Below are positions 10,385 through 20,841 of a DNA stretch of 64,000 bases, piece after piece. Numbering within the stretch: position 1 is the stretch's first letter; each line of letters starts with the position of its first letter. Location: the IMG/VR virus record IMGVR_UViG_3300032268_000832, positions 186,001 to 250,000 of that record; one strand, given 5' to 3'. The translations under genes and the position numbers were made by a program. The notes beneath the pieces were generated by a model that saw nothing but the letters and a program-made list of their open reading frames with translations, had not been told where the DNA came from and did no database searches.

Positions 10385-10472
10385 CGCGGAATGGTGGAAA
10401 TGGTAACATGCTAGGCTCATAACCTAGAGGAGCAGTAACACTGTGTTGTAGGTTCGAATCCTACTTCCGCAA
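10385..10472 (+). tRNA. tRNA-Met(CAT) with C1:A72 mismatch and long variable arm
   Basis: CTAGG-CTCATAA-CCTAG; variable hairpin GCAG-TAACA-CTGT. Confidence 0.8.
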
Positions 10473-10473
10473 C

Positions 10474-10528
10474 TAGAAGAATAGATTCAGCAATTTAATG
10501 TTTAGGATACAAAAAAGACTATTCTGTA
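10474..10528 (+). ncRNA. Y-RNA-like element copy 4 (minimal)
   Basis: AGAATAG / CTATTCT-G stem then ATTCAGCAA. Confidence 0.5.
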
Positions 10529-10597
10529 AAAATTAAAACCCATAGCAATATGGGTTTTTCTATTTAAACTAATAATTAATTTAAAACACAAAAACCA

Positions 10598-11275
10598 ATG
10601 GAAAAGATTAAACTTGAAATTCGTGGTGCAGAGGGCGGGACCGATGCAAAGCTATTGGTGTGTGAAATGAAAGACATTTACACCAAAGCAGCAAACATTA
10701 ATAACATCGGATGAATAACCGATGAAGAAAGAGATGGCTATGTTAGCATATGACTAACTGGTAAAAATGTCAAAAAAATCTTCGAAAACGAAATTGGTAA
10801 CCACAGGTGGCAAAGAGTCCCACCAACCGAACGTAAGGGAAGAGTCCACACTAGTTCAATAACAGTAGCACTTATGCAAGAAAACGATTACAAAGAAGTA
10901 GAGATACATCCAAGTGAATATCGTTTAGAAACAACTAGAGGGACTGGTCCAGGTGGGCAGCACCGCAACACTACTGACTCTACAGTAATTGTAACTCATG
11001 AAGCAACAGGTATTAAAGTTGTAAGAAACGGAAGATGCCAACATAAAAATAAAGAAGAAGCTCTTGTCGAATTAAAAAAACGAGTAAACGATTTTTATAG
11101 AAGCGGTCATGATAATGAAGCTAGTGAACAAAGAAAAGACCAAATCGGGAAGGGTGATAGAGGTGATAAACGAAGAACCTACAGAGTTAAAGATGGTGTT
11201 GTAATCGACCATATCACAGAAAAGACTGCAAATATAAAAGACATATACAGAGGTAAAATACAATTACTATCGTAA
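10598..11275 (+). CDS. class I peptide chain release factor (RF1-like PxT and GGQ; no domain 1) with in-frame TGA at 10712 and 10751
   Basis: manual translation [45 protein letters not shown], in frame with track ORF 10874 ([12 protein letters not shown]). Confidence 0.85.
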
Positions 11276-11359
11276 TAAAAAAAAAAGGGTGAAATTTTCA
11301 CCCTTTTTTATTTGTACATAAGTAAAAAAATCGGTATCTTTGTAAAAAAATCTTTAAAT

Positions 11360-11554
11360 ATGAAAAACAATCCTTTAATTATTGTTATTTTTTGGATATT
11401 ATGGGTGGTTGGGTTAGATTACATTTCCGAGTATGTGATTAGCAGACCAACAGACGGTTCTGTTCAATTCTTATCCTTAATCTTTGTATTAGCAATGACT
11501 GTATTGTTAGTTAAAAAGACTTATTTGTATATTATTAACAATTTAAATAAATAA
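11360..11554 (+). CDS. small two-helix membrane protein
   Basis: hydrophobic segments. Confidence 0.55.
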   Translation: MKNNPLIIVIFWILWVVGLDYISEYVISRPTDGSVQFLSLIFVLAMTVLLVKKTYLYIINNLNK

Positions 11555-11559
11555 AAACC

Positions 11560-12498
11560 ATGATTTCAACAATTATTATTGTTTTATCGCTAATAATGGC
11601 GATAGTAATCGCTCTTTCCACAAGGGAATCGAGCACAAAACAAACCAACTGGGGAACAGAATTTAATAGTGTTTGGTTAATTAAACCAATACTAATATTA
11701 GTTTTGGGCCTTACGTTAGGTTTTACTCAACCTTACAAATTAGATAGGGTCGATGCTGGTAACGTAGGTATCAAAGTCAACTTATCTGGTGATGCACGCG
11801 GTGTATCAAAGTATGAATACAAAACTGGTTGGGTAGTATTCAATACATGGACTGAACAACTTTATCAGTTTCCAGTTTTCCAACAAACTATTGGATATGA
11901 AAAACAACAAGTTATAACCAAAGGTGGTTTCCCAGCGACAATTCACCCAAGTTTTAACTATTCATTAAAAGCTGGTGCTGTTGGTGATATGTTCCAGAAT
12001 TTACGTTTGGATATTAAATCAGTAGAACAAGGTTGGTTACAAACAGCCATAGTTGGTGCTATTAATGACGTTGCTAATAAATGGGAGGTTGATAAAATCT
12101 TTAACGAGCGTGAACAATTTGAAGCTGCGATTAAAACTGAATGTAACAAGCGTTTATCTAAATGGTTTACCGTGTCACAATTAAGAACAAACATTGTTCC
12201 ACCACAATCCTTACAAGAAACAATTATAGCTAAAACTAGAGCGATTCAACAAGCACAAGCTGAGGACCAAAAAGCTCTTACAGCTGAAGCTGAAGCTAGA
12301 AAGAAAGTGGCTATTGCTAATGGTGATGCACAACAAACAATTATCGCGGCTAAAGCACAAGCAGAAGCTATGAGAATTAGAAAACAAGAAATCACTCCGT
12401 TGTATGTTGAATACTTAAAATGGATTGACATCAACCCTAACACACCAAGGGTACCACAAGTTGTGGGTAGCACAGCAGTGTTAAACCAACTTAAATAA
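11560..12498 (+). CDS. SPFH/band 7 (prohibitin-like) membrane protein
   Basis: N-terminal TM, VDAGNVGIKV, Ala/Glu/Gln-rich coiled coil. Confidence 0.85.
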   Translation: MISTIIIVLSLIMAIVIALSTRESSTKQTNWGTEFNSVWLIKPILILVLGLTLGFTQPYKLDRVDAGNVGIKVNLSGDARGVSKYEYKTGWVVFNTWTEQLYQFPVFQQTIGYEKQQVITKGGFPATIHPSFNYSLKAGAVGDMFQNLRLDIKSVEQGWLQTAIVGAINDVANKWEVDKIFNEREQFEAAIKTECNKRLSKWFTVSQLRTNIVPPQSLQETIIAKTRAIQQAQAEDQKALTAEAEARKKVAIANGDAQQTIIAAKAQAEAMRIRKQEITPLYVEYLKWIDINPNTPRVPQVVGSTAVLNQLK

Positions 12499-12551
12499 AC
12501 CAAGAACTCTACTGTGAAAGGTAGGGTTTCTTCTAATTTAAAAAAATAGAT

Positions 12552-13055
12552 ATGTTTAAAAAAATGCTTATTATAGGTCACGCTCGCCACGCGAAAGATA
12601 CGTTAGCTGAAATATGGCGAGATAATTATGGTCTTACGTTCAAATCATCATCACAAGCTGCTGCTGATATTTTCTTGTATGACACCTTAAAAGACAAGTA
12701 TGGTTATACAACACCAGAAGAATGTTTCGAGGATAGAGTAAACCACAGAGCTGAATGGAAACAATTGATTTGTGATTACAACAAAGACGACAGAGCTAGA
12801 TTAGCTAAGAGTATACTAGAACAATCAGATTGTTATGTAGGTATGCGTGATAGAGAAGAAATAAACGAGTGTATGCGCCAAGGGTTGTTTGATATAATCA
12901 TTTGGGTTGACGCATCAGAAAGATTACCGTTGGAAGACCCTTCATCATTTGATATTGACAAAACATGCGCTGATATCATCATTGAAAACAATGGAACTTT
13001 CGAAGAATTCAAAGAGAAAGTTTTAAGACTTGGAAAATTTTTGAAAAAAAATTAG
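12552..13055 (+). CDS. P-loop deoxynucleotide monophosphate kinase-like protein
   Basis: IIGHARHAKDT P-loop, ADIIIENNG. Confidence 0.65.
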   Translation: MFKKMLIIGHARHAKDTLAEIWRDNYGLTFKSSSQAAADIFLYDTLKDKYGYTTPEECFEDRVNHRAEWKQLICDYNKDDRARLAKSILEQSDCYVGMRDREEINECMRQGLFDIIIWVDASERLPLEDPSSFDIDKTCADIIIENNGTFEEFKEKVLRLGKFLKKN

Positions 13056-13105
13056 AAAAAAAGTTGCACAATTAAAAAAGTTGTGGTATCTTTGTATCAC
13101 AATAA

Positions 13106-13178
13106 GGTTCTATAGTATTAACGTGAATACGCCCGCCTCTAAAACGGAGAAATATCGGTTCGAGTCCGATTAGAACTA
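13106..13178 (+). tRNA. amber suppressor tRNA (anticodon CTA)
   Basis: acceptor GGTTCTA/TAGAACT, loop CTCTAAA, T arm ATCGG-TTCGAGT-CCGAT; anticodon stem only 3 bp. Confidence 0.7.
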
Positions 13179-13238
13179 CAAACACTTTACATTTTTTAGA
13201 AAAATGATATATTTATAAACAAAAAACAAATAGAACAA

Positions 13239-13589
13239 ATGACTTAGATTAACAATCAAAAATTAAGAGTTGTCACAAGACGTGACTTACCAATTTCCAC
13301 ACAAGCGGTGCAATCGGCACACGCAGCCATTGATTTTCAACATGACCACCCAGAAGTGGCATCACAATGGCAAACAAAATCAAATTATTTAGCATTATTA
13401 ACTGTCGCTGATGAAGAAGAGTTAATCAAATTGATTACCAAAGCTATCTTTATTGGTATCAAACACACTATTTTCCGTGAACCAGATTTGGGTAACGTGA
13501 TTACAGCAGTAGCCTTTGAACCAACAGACGCGGCTAAAAAACTTACCAGTTCATGTCCGTTATTAGGAAAGGAGGTTCAATATGCTTAA
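13239..13589 (+). CDS. peptidyl-tRNA hydrolase Pth2-like protein with in-frame TAG at codon 3 (13245)
   Basis: MT*INNQKLRVVTRRDLPISTQAVQSAHAA...FREPDLGNVITAVAF. Confidence 0.75.
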
Positions 13590-13839
13590 TATTCAATCCA
13601 GAACAGAAATCATTTTCCATTTTAACAAAATGTCTTTACAAGACCCTAGTATACCTATGTGGGTAATCAAAGCCAAGGGTGAAACATATTATGTAGACCA
13701 CGTAGATATGGAATCTGGTGTAGGTTTTACTACCAAAGAAACACCAGACAACCCAAGTACAAAGGGTTCTATTAAATTCAAAGCTAAATTGAAAATTGAA
13801 AAAATAAACAATAGGGTAGTCGCAACGATTTACCCTTAA
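13582..13839 (+). CDS. hypothetical protein
   Basis: ORF track. Confidence 0.6.
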   Translation: MLNIQSRTEIIFHFNKMSLQDPSIPMWVIKAKGETYYVDHVDMESGVGFTTKETPDNPSTKGSIKFKAKLKIEKINNRVVATIYP

Positions 13840-13845
13840 TTAAAT

Positions 13846-13915
13846 GGTTTGGTGACCGAGTGGTAGGTACAGTTCCGCAAGAACTGGCACGGTGGTTCGA
13901 ATCCACCCCAAACCT
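13846..13915 (+). tRNA. tRNA-Cys(GCA), atypical C33
   Basis: GGTTTGG/CCAAACC, CAGTT-CCGCAAG-AACTG, U73. Confidence 0.75.
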
Positions 13916-14049
13916 CTAATAATAATTTAAAACATAGAAATCATGATGTAGATTGCAAGACCACCGAATTAAGTTTATTATAACTTGGACATTATCTTGG
14001 ACAACTTGTCCAACTACTAACAATTATAATAAATTTAAAAAGAAAACAA

Positions 14050-14463
14050 ATGAAAACACAAGAACAAGTTCAACAAGAATTGAATACATATTTAAACAAA
14101 ACAGCACAACACGTGTTTGTAAAAACAATAAACGATAAAAAAGTAGTATTTAGACTTTTTGATGTTAAAACAAAAGATGGTAAAACCTATTGGATGGGTT
14201 TATTATTAAATGAAGATTTAACCCCAAACAGAATAAACATCCAAGTCAATATTGATGGTTGGTCAAGTTCTAACGCTAAGAATGGTCTTAAACACCTTAT
14301 GTTTTTGAATCAAGGTTACATGAGTGTTAGACTTAAAAGAAAAACACAACCTATCATTGATAGTTTAAAAGAAATTGTTGCGTCAATGGACGCTCCAGAT
14401 GTAAATTGGAGAGTGATGGAACAATACAAAAAAGATTTAATTGAAAAGCTACATGTAGCGTAA
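14050..14463 (+). CDS. hypothetical protein
   Basis: ORF track; terminator follows. Confidence 0.65.
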   Translation: MKTQEQVQQELNTYLNKTAQHVFVKTINDKKVVFRLFDVKTKDGKTYWMGLLLNEDLTPNRINIQVNIDGWSSSNAKNGLKHLMFLNQGYMSVRLKRKTQPIIDSLKEIVASMDAPDVNWRVMEQYKKDLIEKLHVA

Positions 14464-14513
14464 TAAATTAGGGCCACTGAGGCCCTTTTTTATTTTATTG
14501 AATATTTATAGGT

Positions 14514-15725
14514 ATGAAAGATACGATTAAACAATTACTTAGAGAGGCATTAGGTGTGCCAGACAATATAACAAATGTTGGTGTTGAAGTTTATAATAAA
14601 GTTTTAGATTATTTAAACCAACAACCAGCAGATATGCTTATGACTGATATTCCAAATAAAATTAAAATAACTGGTGAGTATAAAGTTGGTGATGCTGTGT
14701 TTAATAAAGTTAAACTTAAATTAAATACTAAGGTATTAAACCGTCATGACAACAATTTACCTAAAGTTTATGGTATGGCTTTTAGAAATAAAAGCGAGTT
14801 TGATGTTCAATTATTTAGAAATATTTCTGTAGGTAAAGACGGCTCTGTTTATCTATTCATTGAAATTGCAATAAACAAAACAACAACGGTAGAAGAAGTA
14901 TTAGAAGAATTTGCTAAAGAAAAGATTAAATTAACAATGGCTTTAACTCATGAGTTAAAACATGCTTACGATATGTATAAAAAGAAAGTGTCTAAAATAC
15001 ATAGAAATAGTGAATATGGTGTTTTTACCGATATGAGAACAAACATACCACCTTTGGACCAATTTATACATGATTTATATTTTACTACTAATGCTGAAAA
15101 TTTAGTTAGAGCAACAGAAGTAGCATCAAATATAGAACAAGTAGGTATCACCAAAAAACAATTTTTAAATTTTTTGGAAACTGATGACACGTATCAAAAC
15201 CTAAAAAGGATAAATTCATTCTCTTTAGATGAGTTGATAAATGAATTGAAACAACACAAAGATAGGATAATTAAGGTGTTGGATGATGCTGGGTACAAAA
15301 TACCTTCATCTGAGGATGATTTAATTAGTCTTTTATTGAAACTTACATATGAATTAATACAAAAGCGTAAATTTGAGTCTTATAAAGCCGCTGCTAGATT
15401 AAATGTCCCTTTTGTTGCTATGTTATTACAAGGTGATTCGGTTTCTAGAAAAGAAATTAAAGATTATGTTGACACTTTAAAACGATTTGATAATTATCAA
15501 CAGTTCTTCAATTATGAACAAAAAAACTTTAAAACCGTAACCGATAAGTTATTAAAGAAAATTCATAAATTATACGCTATGGCAAAAGATGATAACCAGT
15601 CAGATGTAATGCAAAAAATAAACGCTAGAACAACCAATGAATCTATTTTAGATTGGGATTTATACTACGAAGCAAATAACATAAGTGAAACAAACCCTTT
15701 TAAAAAAAATGAAGAATTTAATTAA
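14514..15725 (+). CDS. IKQLLRE-motif protein with HExxH motif
   Basis: MKDTIKQLLRE; THELKHAYD. Confidence 0.7.
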   Translation: MKDTIKQLLREALGVPDNITNVGVEVYNKVLDYLNQQPADMLMTDIPNKIKITGEYKVGDAVFNKVKLKLNTKVLNRHDNNLPKVYGMAFRNKSEFDVQLFRNISVGKDGSVYLFIEIAINKTTTVEEVLEEFAKEKIKLTMALTHELKHAYDMYKKKVSKIHRNSEYGVFTDMRTNIPPLDQFIHDLYFTTNAENLVRATEVASNIEQVGITKKQFLNFLETDDTYQNLKRINSFSLDELINELKQHKDRIIKVLDDAGYKIPSSEDDLISLLLKLTYELIQKRKFESYKAAARLNVPFVAMLLQGDSVSRKEIKDYVDTLKRFDNYQQFFNYEQKNFKTVTDKLLKKIHKLYAMAKDDNQSDVMQKINARTTNESILDWDLYYEANNISETNPFKKNEEFN

Positions 15726-17637
15726 ACAATTACTTAGAGAAAACTTACAATTGGCTGATAAGGTTTATTTCAATTCTGGGAAGTTATCACCTAGAGTTAG
15801 AGAAATAATTACACGTATCACCAATGGTGACCCATATACCAAAATAATGACTGACATCTACTATACGATGTTAACCAATAATCATAGAACTGGTGAATGG
15901 GCTCTTAAACAATTAGACCCAGAACATCAAGAAACTGAAAAACCAGAAAATGATGTGATGAGTACACCTGATTTGCAAAAATTAAGACCAATATACAACC
16001 AATTAAAAGAATACGATAAAAATGTATTCCCCATCAAAGGTTTCAACATCAATGGTGTTCAAGATACAAATGATTTAATTAGAGGGTTGATTCAGCGTGA
16101 AAAAATACTTAATATCTTTAATGAATGGCCTTCAATAGCTAAACGTAATATGAAAACTGATATTAGAACTGAAAGAGATAGCTCCCAAATGAATAGTTAT
16201 AGAGATGATTTAGAACATGCTGATGCGCATATTAGTCAGTTGAATAATAGAAACGAAGAAGCTAGAAACAGCATATTAAGAAAGATGTTTACTAACAACA
16301 CAACACTTGATGATGTATTGGATTTTGTACAAGAGAAAGAAAACTTACTTGGTGGTGTTGACTTAACTAGAAAACAAATAGGACAAATACTTAAACATGA
16401 TAAAGAAAACTATGACGAATTAAAAGTTAAATATAATAAAGGTAACATAATGATTATTGAAGTTTCTGGTCCAAATGGGATAAAAGAAATTGGTTGTAAT
16501 TCTCTTTGGTGTTTTACTTATAATAGAAAAGGTGGTTCTACTAATTGGGAAGATTGGTCTAGGAATTCAACTAACGGATATTGTTATATAATAATAGATT
16601 TTTCAGAGCCTTCAGATTCTGAATTGTTTATGCATGTCCTTACAAAACCACTTAGATATGATTATTCAGATTATGGTGAAACTGGTGATGAAAGACTTTA
16701 TACTATGTCAAACAGAGATATTCATGATGACGATGAGGACTATGGTAGAAGTGTTAACGAATACATAGAGTACCTAATTGATTTACCAACTGCAATGAAA
16801 GTAATGAACTTTGGAGTAAAAAAACCAAAAGAAAAAAAGAAAAAACAAAAATTCGTTGACCCTAACCAGTTATCATTAGATTTAAACGAAGTAAAAAATA
16901 CACTCAGAGAAGGTTTGATAACTGAAGCTCTTTACAATATAGACGATGATGTAGATTTAATTTATGATAATTTTTTTGCTGAGGATTTAGATACATTACT
17001 TAAAACTAGAAAATTAAATAATAGTATGTTTTATAACACAATTATAAGCACTAGTATTTTAAGTAATCCATTATGTGTTAAAGCAAATGAAATAAACCCT
17101 TGTAAAATATTAATTAACTTTGACAACAATATTTATAACCCAAACACTAAAACAATTTCAATTACAGCATCTAAAAGAGCGTTAGAATTTATAAAAGATA
17201 ACAATAATGATTTTGATAAAGCTTTAGATAATTTAGAATGGGATGATGCTAAAAAAATAAAATCAGATTTATCGGAAGAAAAAATCAAAGGTTCTATACA
17301 TCATGAATTAACACATTGGTTAGATGATACGTTTAACAACAATAGAATAAAAAGAGCTGTTGATAAATTCATCAAAAAAAATAAAAAAGTTGGTAGAAAT
17401 AACATACCAATTGATGCTGATACTTTAGAAATACAAGCACAAATACATAATATTCATCAATTAAAAAGAAAATATCAAGATGTTTGGGATAATTTAACTT
17501 TTAATGAAATGATGAATATGTCAGTAACGATTAGAGTTGTTTACAATAATTTACCTTTAAAATATAGAAACAGATGGGTTCGAGATTTAAAAACTAGAAT
17601 GTATCGTGAAGGCTTGTTAGGTAAAAATATGTATTAA
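15709..17637 (+). CDS. IKQLLRE-motif two-module protein with HExxH motif
   Basis: MKNLIKQLLRE; internal VKNTLREGLITE; HHELTH. Confidence 0.7.
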   Translation: MKNLIKQLLRENLQLADKVYFNSGKLSPRVREIITRITNGDPYTKIMTDIYYTMLTNNHRTGEWALKQLDPEHQETEKPENDVMSTPDLQKLRPIYNQLKEYDKNVFPIKGFNINGVQDTNDLIRGLIQREKILNIFNEWPSIAKRNMKTDIRTERDSSQMNSYRDDLEHADAHISQLNNRNEEARNSILRKMFTNNTTLDDVLDFVQEKENLLGGVDLTRKQIGQILKHDKENYDELKVKYNKGNIMIIEVSGPNGIKEIGCNSLWCFTYNRKGGSTNWEDWSRNSTNGYCYIIIDFSEPSDSELFMHVLTKPLRYDYSDYGETGDERLYTMSNRDIHDDDEDYGRSVNEYIEYLIDLPTAMKVMNFGVKKPKEKKKKQKFVDPNQLSLDLNEVKNTLREGLITEALYNIDDDVDLIYDNFFAEDLDTLLKTRKLNNSMFYNTIISTSILSNPLCVKANEINPCKILINFDNNIYNPNTKTISITASKRALEFIKDNNNDFDKALDNLEWDDAKKIKSDLSEEKIKGSIHHELTHWLDDTFNNNRIKRAVDKFIKKNKKVGRNNIPIDADTLEIQAQIHNIHQLKRKYQDVWDNLTFNEMMNMSVTIRVVYNNLPLKYRNRWVRDLKTRMYREGLLGKNMY

Positions 17638-17674
17638 TTTTTGTTTTTTAAAAATAAAATTGTATCTTTGCAAA

Positions 17675-18847
17675 ATGAAAACACAGATAAAACAAATACT
17701 TAGAGAAGGACTTACAATGGAAGAAAGAATTAAATTTGACTTCCAAATACCATCAGATATAATTGAAATCCAAAAGGTGTTCACCAAAAACGGATATAAA
17801 TTATATGTGGTTGGTGGAGCTGTGCGCGATGCCCTATTAGGAAAAACACCTAAGGATTTTGATTTAGCTACAGATGCTGTTCCTGACAAAGTAGAAGAAA
17901 TGATGCAAGATGCTGGGTTCAGAACCCTACCAACTGGTAAAGCTTTTGGTGTTATCAACGTATTCACTGACCAAGGAGAATATGAAGTAGCTACGTTTCG
18001 AAATGATATTGGTTCTGGTAGAAGACCAGACAGTGTTGAATTTACAAATATAGATGGTGATGTAAAAAGACGTGACCTTACAATCAACGCTTTGTTCTAT
18101 GATATAGACACAAAAGAAATAGTTGACCTTGTAGGTGGTGTAGACGACCTTAAAAACGGTGTTGTGAGAACTGTTGGTGCCCCAGAAGATAGATTTGGTG
18201 AAGATAGGCTTAGAATTCTAAGAGCGATTAGATTTGCTGGTAGATTTGGTTCTGATTTAGACCCAGCAACAGATATGGCATTACAAAAAGATGCAAGTCT
18301 TGAAGGTATTTCTGGTGAGCGTATTAGAGATGAGTTTATCAAAGGATTAATCTCAGCTAAGTCATTTAAAAAATACATGGAAATGTTAGATAAATATGAC
18401 TTATTCAAATGGGTGTTACCTAACATGTTATTGAATAAAAAATCATACATGAGAAACTCTGGTAAAGTTGACAATTACATTGTTGAATTGGCTAGTTTAT
18501 TAAAAGATAACGAAATTGATTTGTTAAGAAGAAAATTAAATGAATTGAAATACTCAGCAGACGAAATAAAAGCGATTGTGTTTTTAATTTCATTCTTAAA
18601 ATTGAGTGTTGATACCGCATACTTGTTGAAAAAAATGCAACAAACTGCTGGTGTTTCTGATAAACAAATTAGAGAATTTGGTGAGAAAGAAAACATACCA
18701 GAAAAATTGTTAAACGCTTTTGAACAATATAGACTTAGCGTTAGCGGACCAGAGGCTATGGAAAAATTTGATTTGAAACCAAGTCCTGAGTTGGGAAAAG
18801 CCATCCAAAAAATGGAAACAGCTAACTTTGAAAAATTATTAAAATAA
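17675..18847 (+). CDS. cca: CCA-adding tRNA nucleotidyltransferase
   Basis: VGGAVRD, DFDLAT, RRDLTINA, EDRLRILRAIRF, ERIRDE. Confidence 0.92.
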   Translation: MKTQIKQILREGLTMEERIKFDFQIPSDIIEIQKVFTKNGYKLYVVGGAVRDALLGKTPKDFDLATDAVPDKVEEMMQDAGFRTLPTGKAFGVINVFTDQGEYEVATFRNDIGSGRRPDSVEFTNIDGDVKRRDLTINALFYDIDTKEIVDLVGGVDDLKNGVVRTVGAPEDRFGEDRLRILRAIRFAGRFGSDLDPATDMALQKDASLEGISGERIRDEFIKGLISAKSFKKYMEMLDKYDLFKWVLPNMLLNKKSYMRNSGKVDNYIVELASLLKDNEIDLLRRKLNELKYSADEIKAIVFLISFLKLSVDTAYLLKKMQQTAGVSDKQIREFGEKENIPEKLLNAFEQYRLSVSGPEAMEKFDLKPSPELGKAIQKMETANFEKLLK

Positions 18848-18899
18848 TATTGATTTCGTTTAGTGTATTAGTATATTTATTCGTATAAACAAAAAGAAT

Positions 18900-19277
18900 A
18901 TGGCAAAATTTTTAGTAACATTTACCGACACGTTAGATGACATTGAAATTAACGGTTTTACCGTAATGACAGAAAAAGAAGTTGAAAGCTTTGAAGAAAC
19001 TGCGATGAGCATTACATGGCCTTTTATTTACGCCATGGGTCAAGATGAATTAGAATTCTCAAGTGGAGATGATTTCTTATCTAGAGTTGATTTTAAAGAA
19101 ATTACAAATGAAGAAGCTAAATCACTTAAAAAATTATTTGGTGACTCATTCGGAGTATTTATTGATGAAGCGTTCTTAGAAGAAGTTATTGGTGATGAAG
19201 ATGATTCTGATTTTGATGATGAAGATGATATGGATGATATGTACGACAATTACGGTGATGAAGAAGATTACGATTAG
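18900..19277 (+). CDS. acidic hypothetical protein
   Basis: ORF track; Asp/Glu-rich tail. Confidence 0.65.
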   Translation: MAKFLVTFTDTLDDIEINGFTVMTEKEVESFEETAMSITWPFIYAMGQDELEFSSGDDFLSRVDFKEITNEEAKSLKKLFGDSFGVFIDEAFLEEVIGDEDDSDFDDEDDMDDMYDNYGDEEDYD

Positions 19278-19737
19278 TTATAAACAACAACCAACTGGCA
19301 ATACATGTGGACCAACATGTATCTACATGGCACTAAACTACATAATCAACAAACCAAACGACTTACCCTTTGACGTATACATCACAAAACCCATAGAAGA
19401 AATAGCCGATGATTGCGGAACTGATTGGGTGGTAGGAACACCACCAGAAAGAATGATTAAAGGTTTTGATAAGTATGATATGAAATATGTGGAATACACA
19501 CACTCTCCTAACCCATATATGTTATTGAGAAGCGTTATCGATTCAGACAACATTCCAATTGTTAGAACAATCACACAAGGTGTTCCACATTGGATAATAG
19601 TAAATGGATTTGATGATGAAAAATACAATATACTTGACCCATGGCTTGGGCAAATACAATACACACAAGAACAACTAGACTACATTTGGTCACCAAGACA
19701 ATATCAATTTTTTGAAATAATAACCGATGAAAATTAA
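19258..19737 (+). CDS. C39-like cysteine peptidase
   Basis: QQPTGNTCGPTC, HWIIVNG, ILDPW. Confidence 0.8.
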   Translation: MKKITISYKQQPTGNTCGPTCIYMALNYIINKPNDLPFDVYITKPIEEIADDCGTDWVVGTPPERMIKGFDKYDMKYVEYTHSPNPYMLLRSVIDSDNIPIVRTITQGVPHWIIVNGFDDEKYNILDPWLGQIQYTQEQLDYIWSPRQYQFFEIITDEN

Positions 19738-20170
19738 ACAAGGAATCCCAGAAGACTTAATCCAATATGTTTTGGATTTTACATACCCAAATTTTAAACA
19801 CTTAATGTCCAGACAAGGTTATGATTTTTATTTAAAAGGTGTTACAAATTGGGGTATATCAGCGATGCTTGTAACAGACGATGATACAATATTAGGTGTT
19901 TATTTGTTGGGTGATACTCAATTAACCGATTATGTCGATGCACCAAAATATGAAGTTTTAAGAGGTGTTGAAGGTGTTCTATTGTTTATCGATTCATCAA
20001 TAAGAGGGTTAGGTTACGGTAATAAACTTAAAGACTATCCAAGGACACTTGGATATGATTATATCTGGGGTCAGCAGTTTAAGGGTCTTAATAACTTAAA
20101 TGATTGGCTTAAGCGTAGAGAATTGGTTGCAACAACTGGTGAAGTTTATATAACTGCTGAAATTTTTTAA
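19727..20170 (+). CDS. GNAT-like acetyltransferase
   Basis: LFIDSSIRGLGYGNKL motif A. Confidence 0.6.
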   Translation: MKIKQGIPEDLIQYVLDFTYPNFKHLMSRQGYDFYLKGVTNWGISAMLVTDDDTILGVYLLGDTQLTDYVDAPKYEVLRGVEGVLLFIDSSIRGLGYGNKLKDYPRTLGYDYIWGQQFKGLNNLNDWLKRRELVATTGEVYITAEIF

Positions 20171-20202
20171 TTTTATTTAGATATTTATAAATAAAATTAA
20201 AG

Positions 20203-20802
20203 ATGAGAAAATTTGATAAAATTAAAAATATTAAAAAAGCTAATTTACTATCTGAACAAAGATACTTAGAATCTAAAGGGTTCTTAAAAGAAAATATCAA
20301 CACAGCTTTAGATAACTTATTAAAAACTGCTGATTTTGATAAATTATCAGAAGTTGATAAAGTTGTATTGTTATCAGCTGGTAACGATATTGAAAAGTTA
20401 AAAAAAATTGATTTAATAAAATTTTATAGAGATAACGGAAACACATTCGGTGATTTGAAATTAAGAGTTAAAGTAAAAGAAGTGAATGAACAACCAATAA
20501 CACAAAGATATTCAATTGAAAACGCTGGGAAAATTGGTTATGTTTTCCCATCATTACGCAAATCACCAGATGGTGTTTATTTTGTGATTATAAAATTGGA
20601 AGAGGGTGTAGAAGATGAAATTCAATTTGGTGGTGAATACCATCAAGATGTTTTAATTTTAATAGATAATATGTATCCTTTAAGTTATGGTAATCTTAGT
20701 GAAGAATTTGAAAAATTTATGGACAGACATAATTTTGAATTGGGTAATTTTAGAAAAGATAATGATTTACCACCAAACGGTTTTTTTGATGATTTTAAAT
20801 AA
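20203..20802 (+). CDS. hypothetical protein (KANLLSE N-terminal motif)
   Basis: ORF track; ATATTTATA upstream. Confidence 0.65.
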   Translation: MRKFDKIKNIKKANLLSEQRYLESKGFLKENINTALDNLLKTADFDKLSEVDKVVLLSAGNDIEKLKKIDLIKFYRDNGNTFGDLKLRVKVKEVNEQPITQRYSIENAGKIGYVFPSLRKSPDGVYFVIIKLEEGVEDEIQFGGEYHQDVLILIDNMYPLSYGNLSEEFEKFMDRHNFELGNFRKDNDLPPNGFFDDFK

Positions 20803-20841
20803 AAAACAATAATTACATTATATAAAAGAATATACAAACAA

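Noticed and set aside
10712-10753. Selenocysteine at the release factor TGA codons
   Set aside because: The positions are not catalytic Cys sites, and I saw no SECIS-like hairpin or tRNA-Sec.
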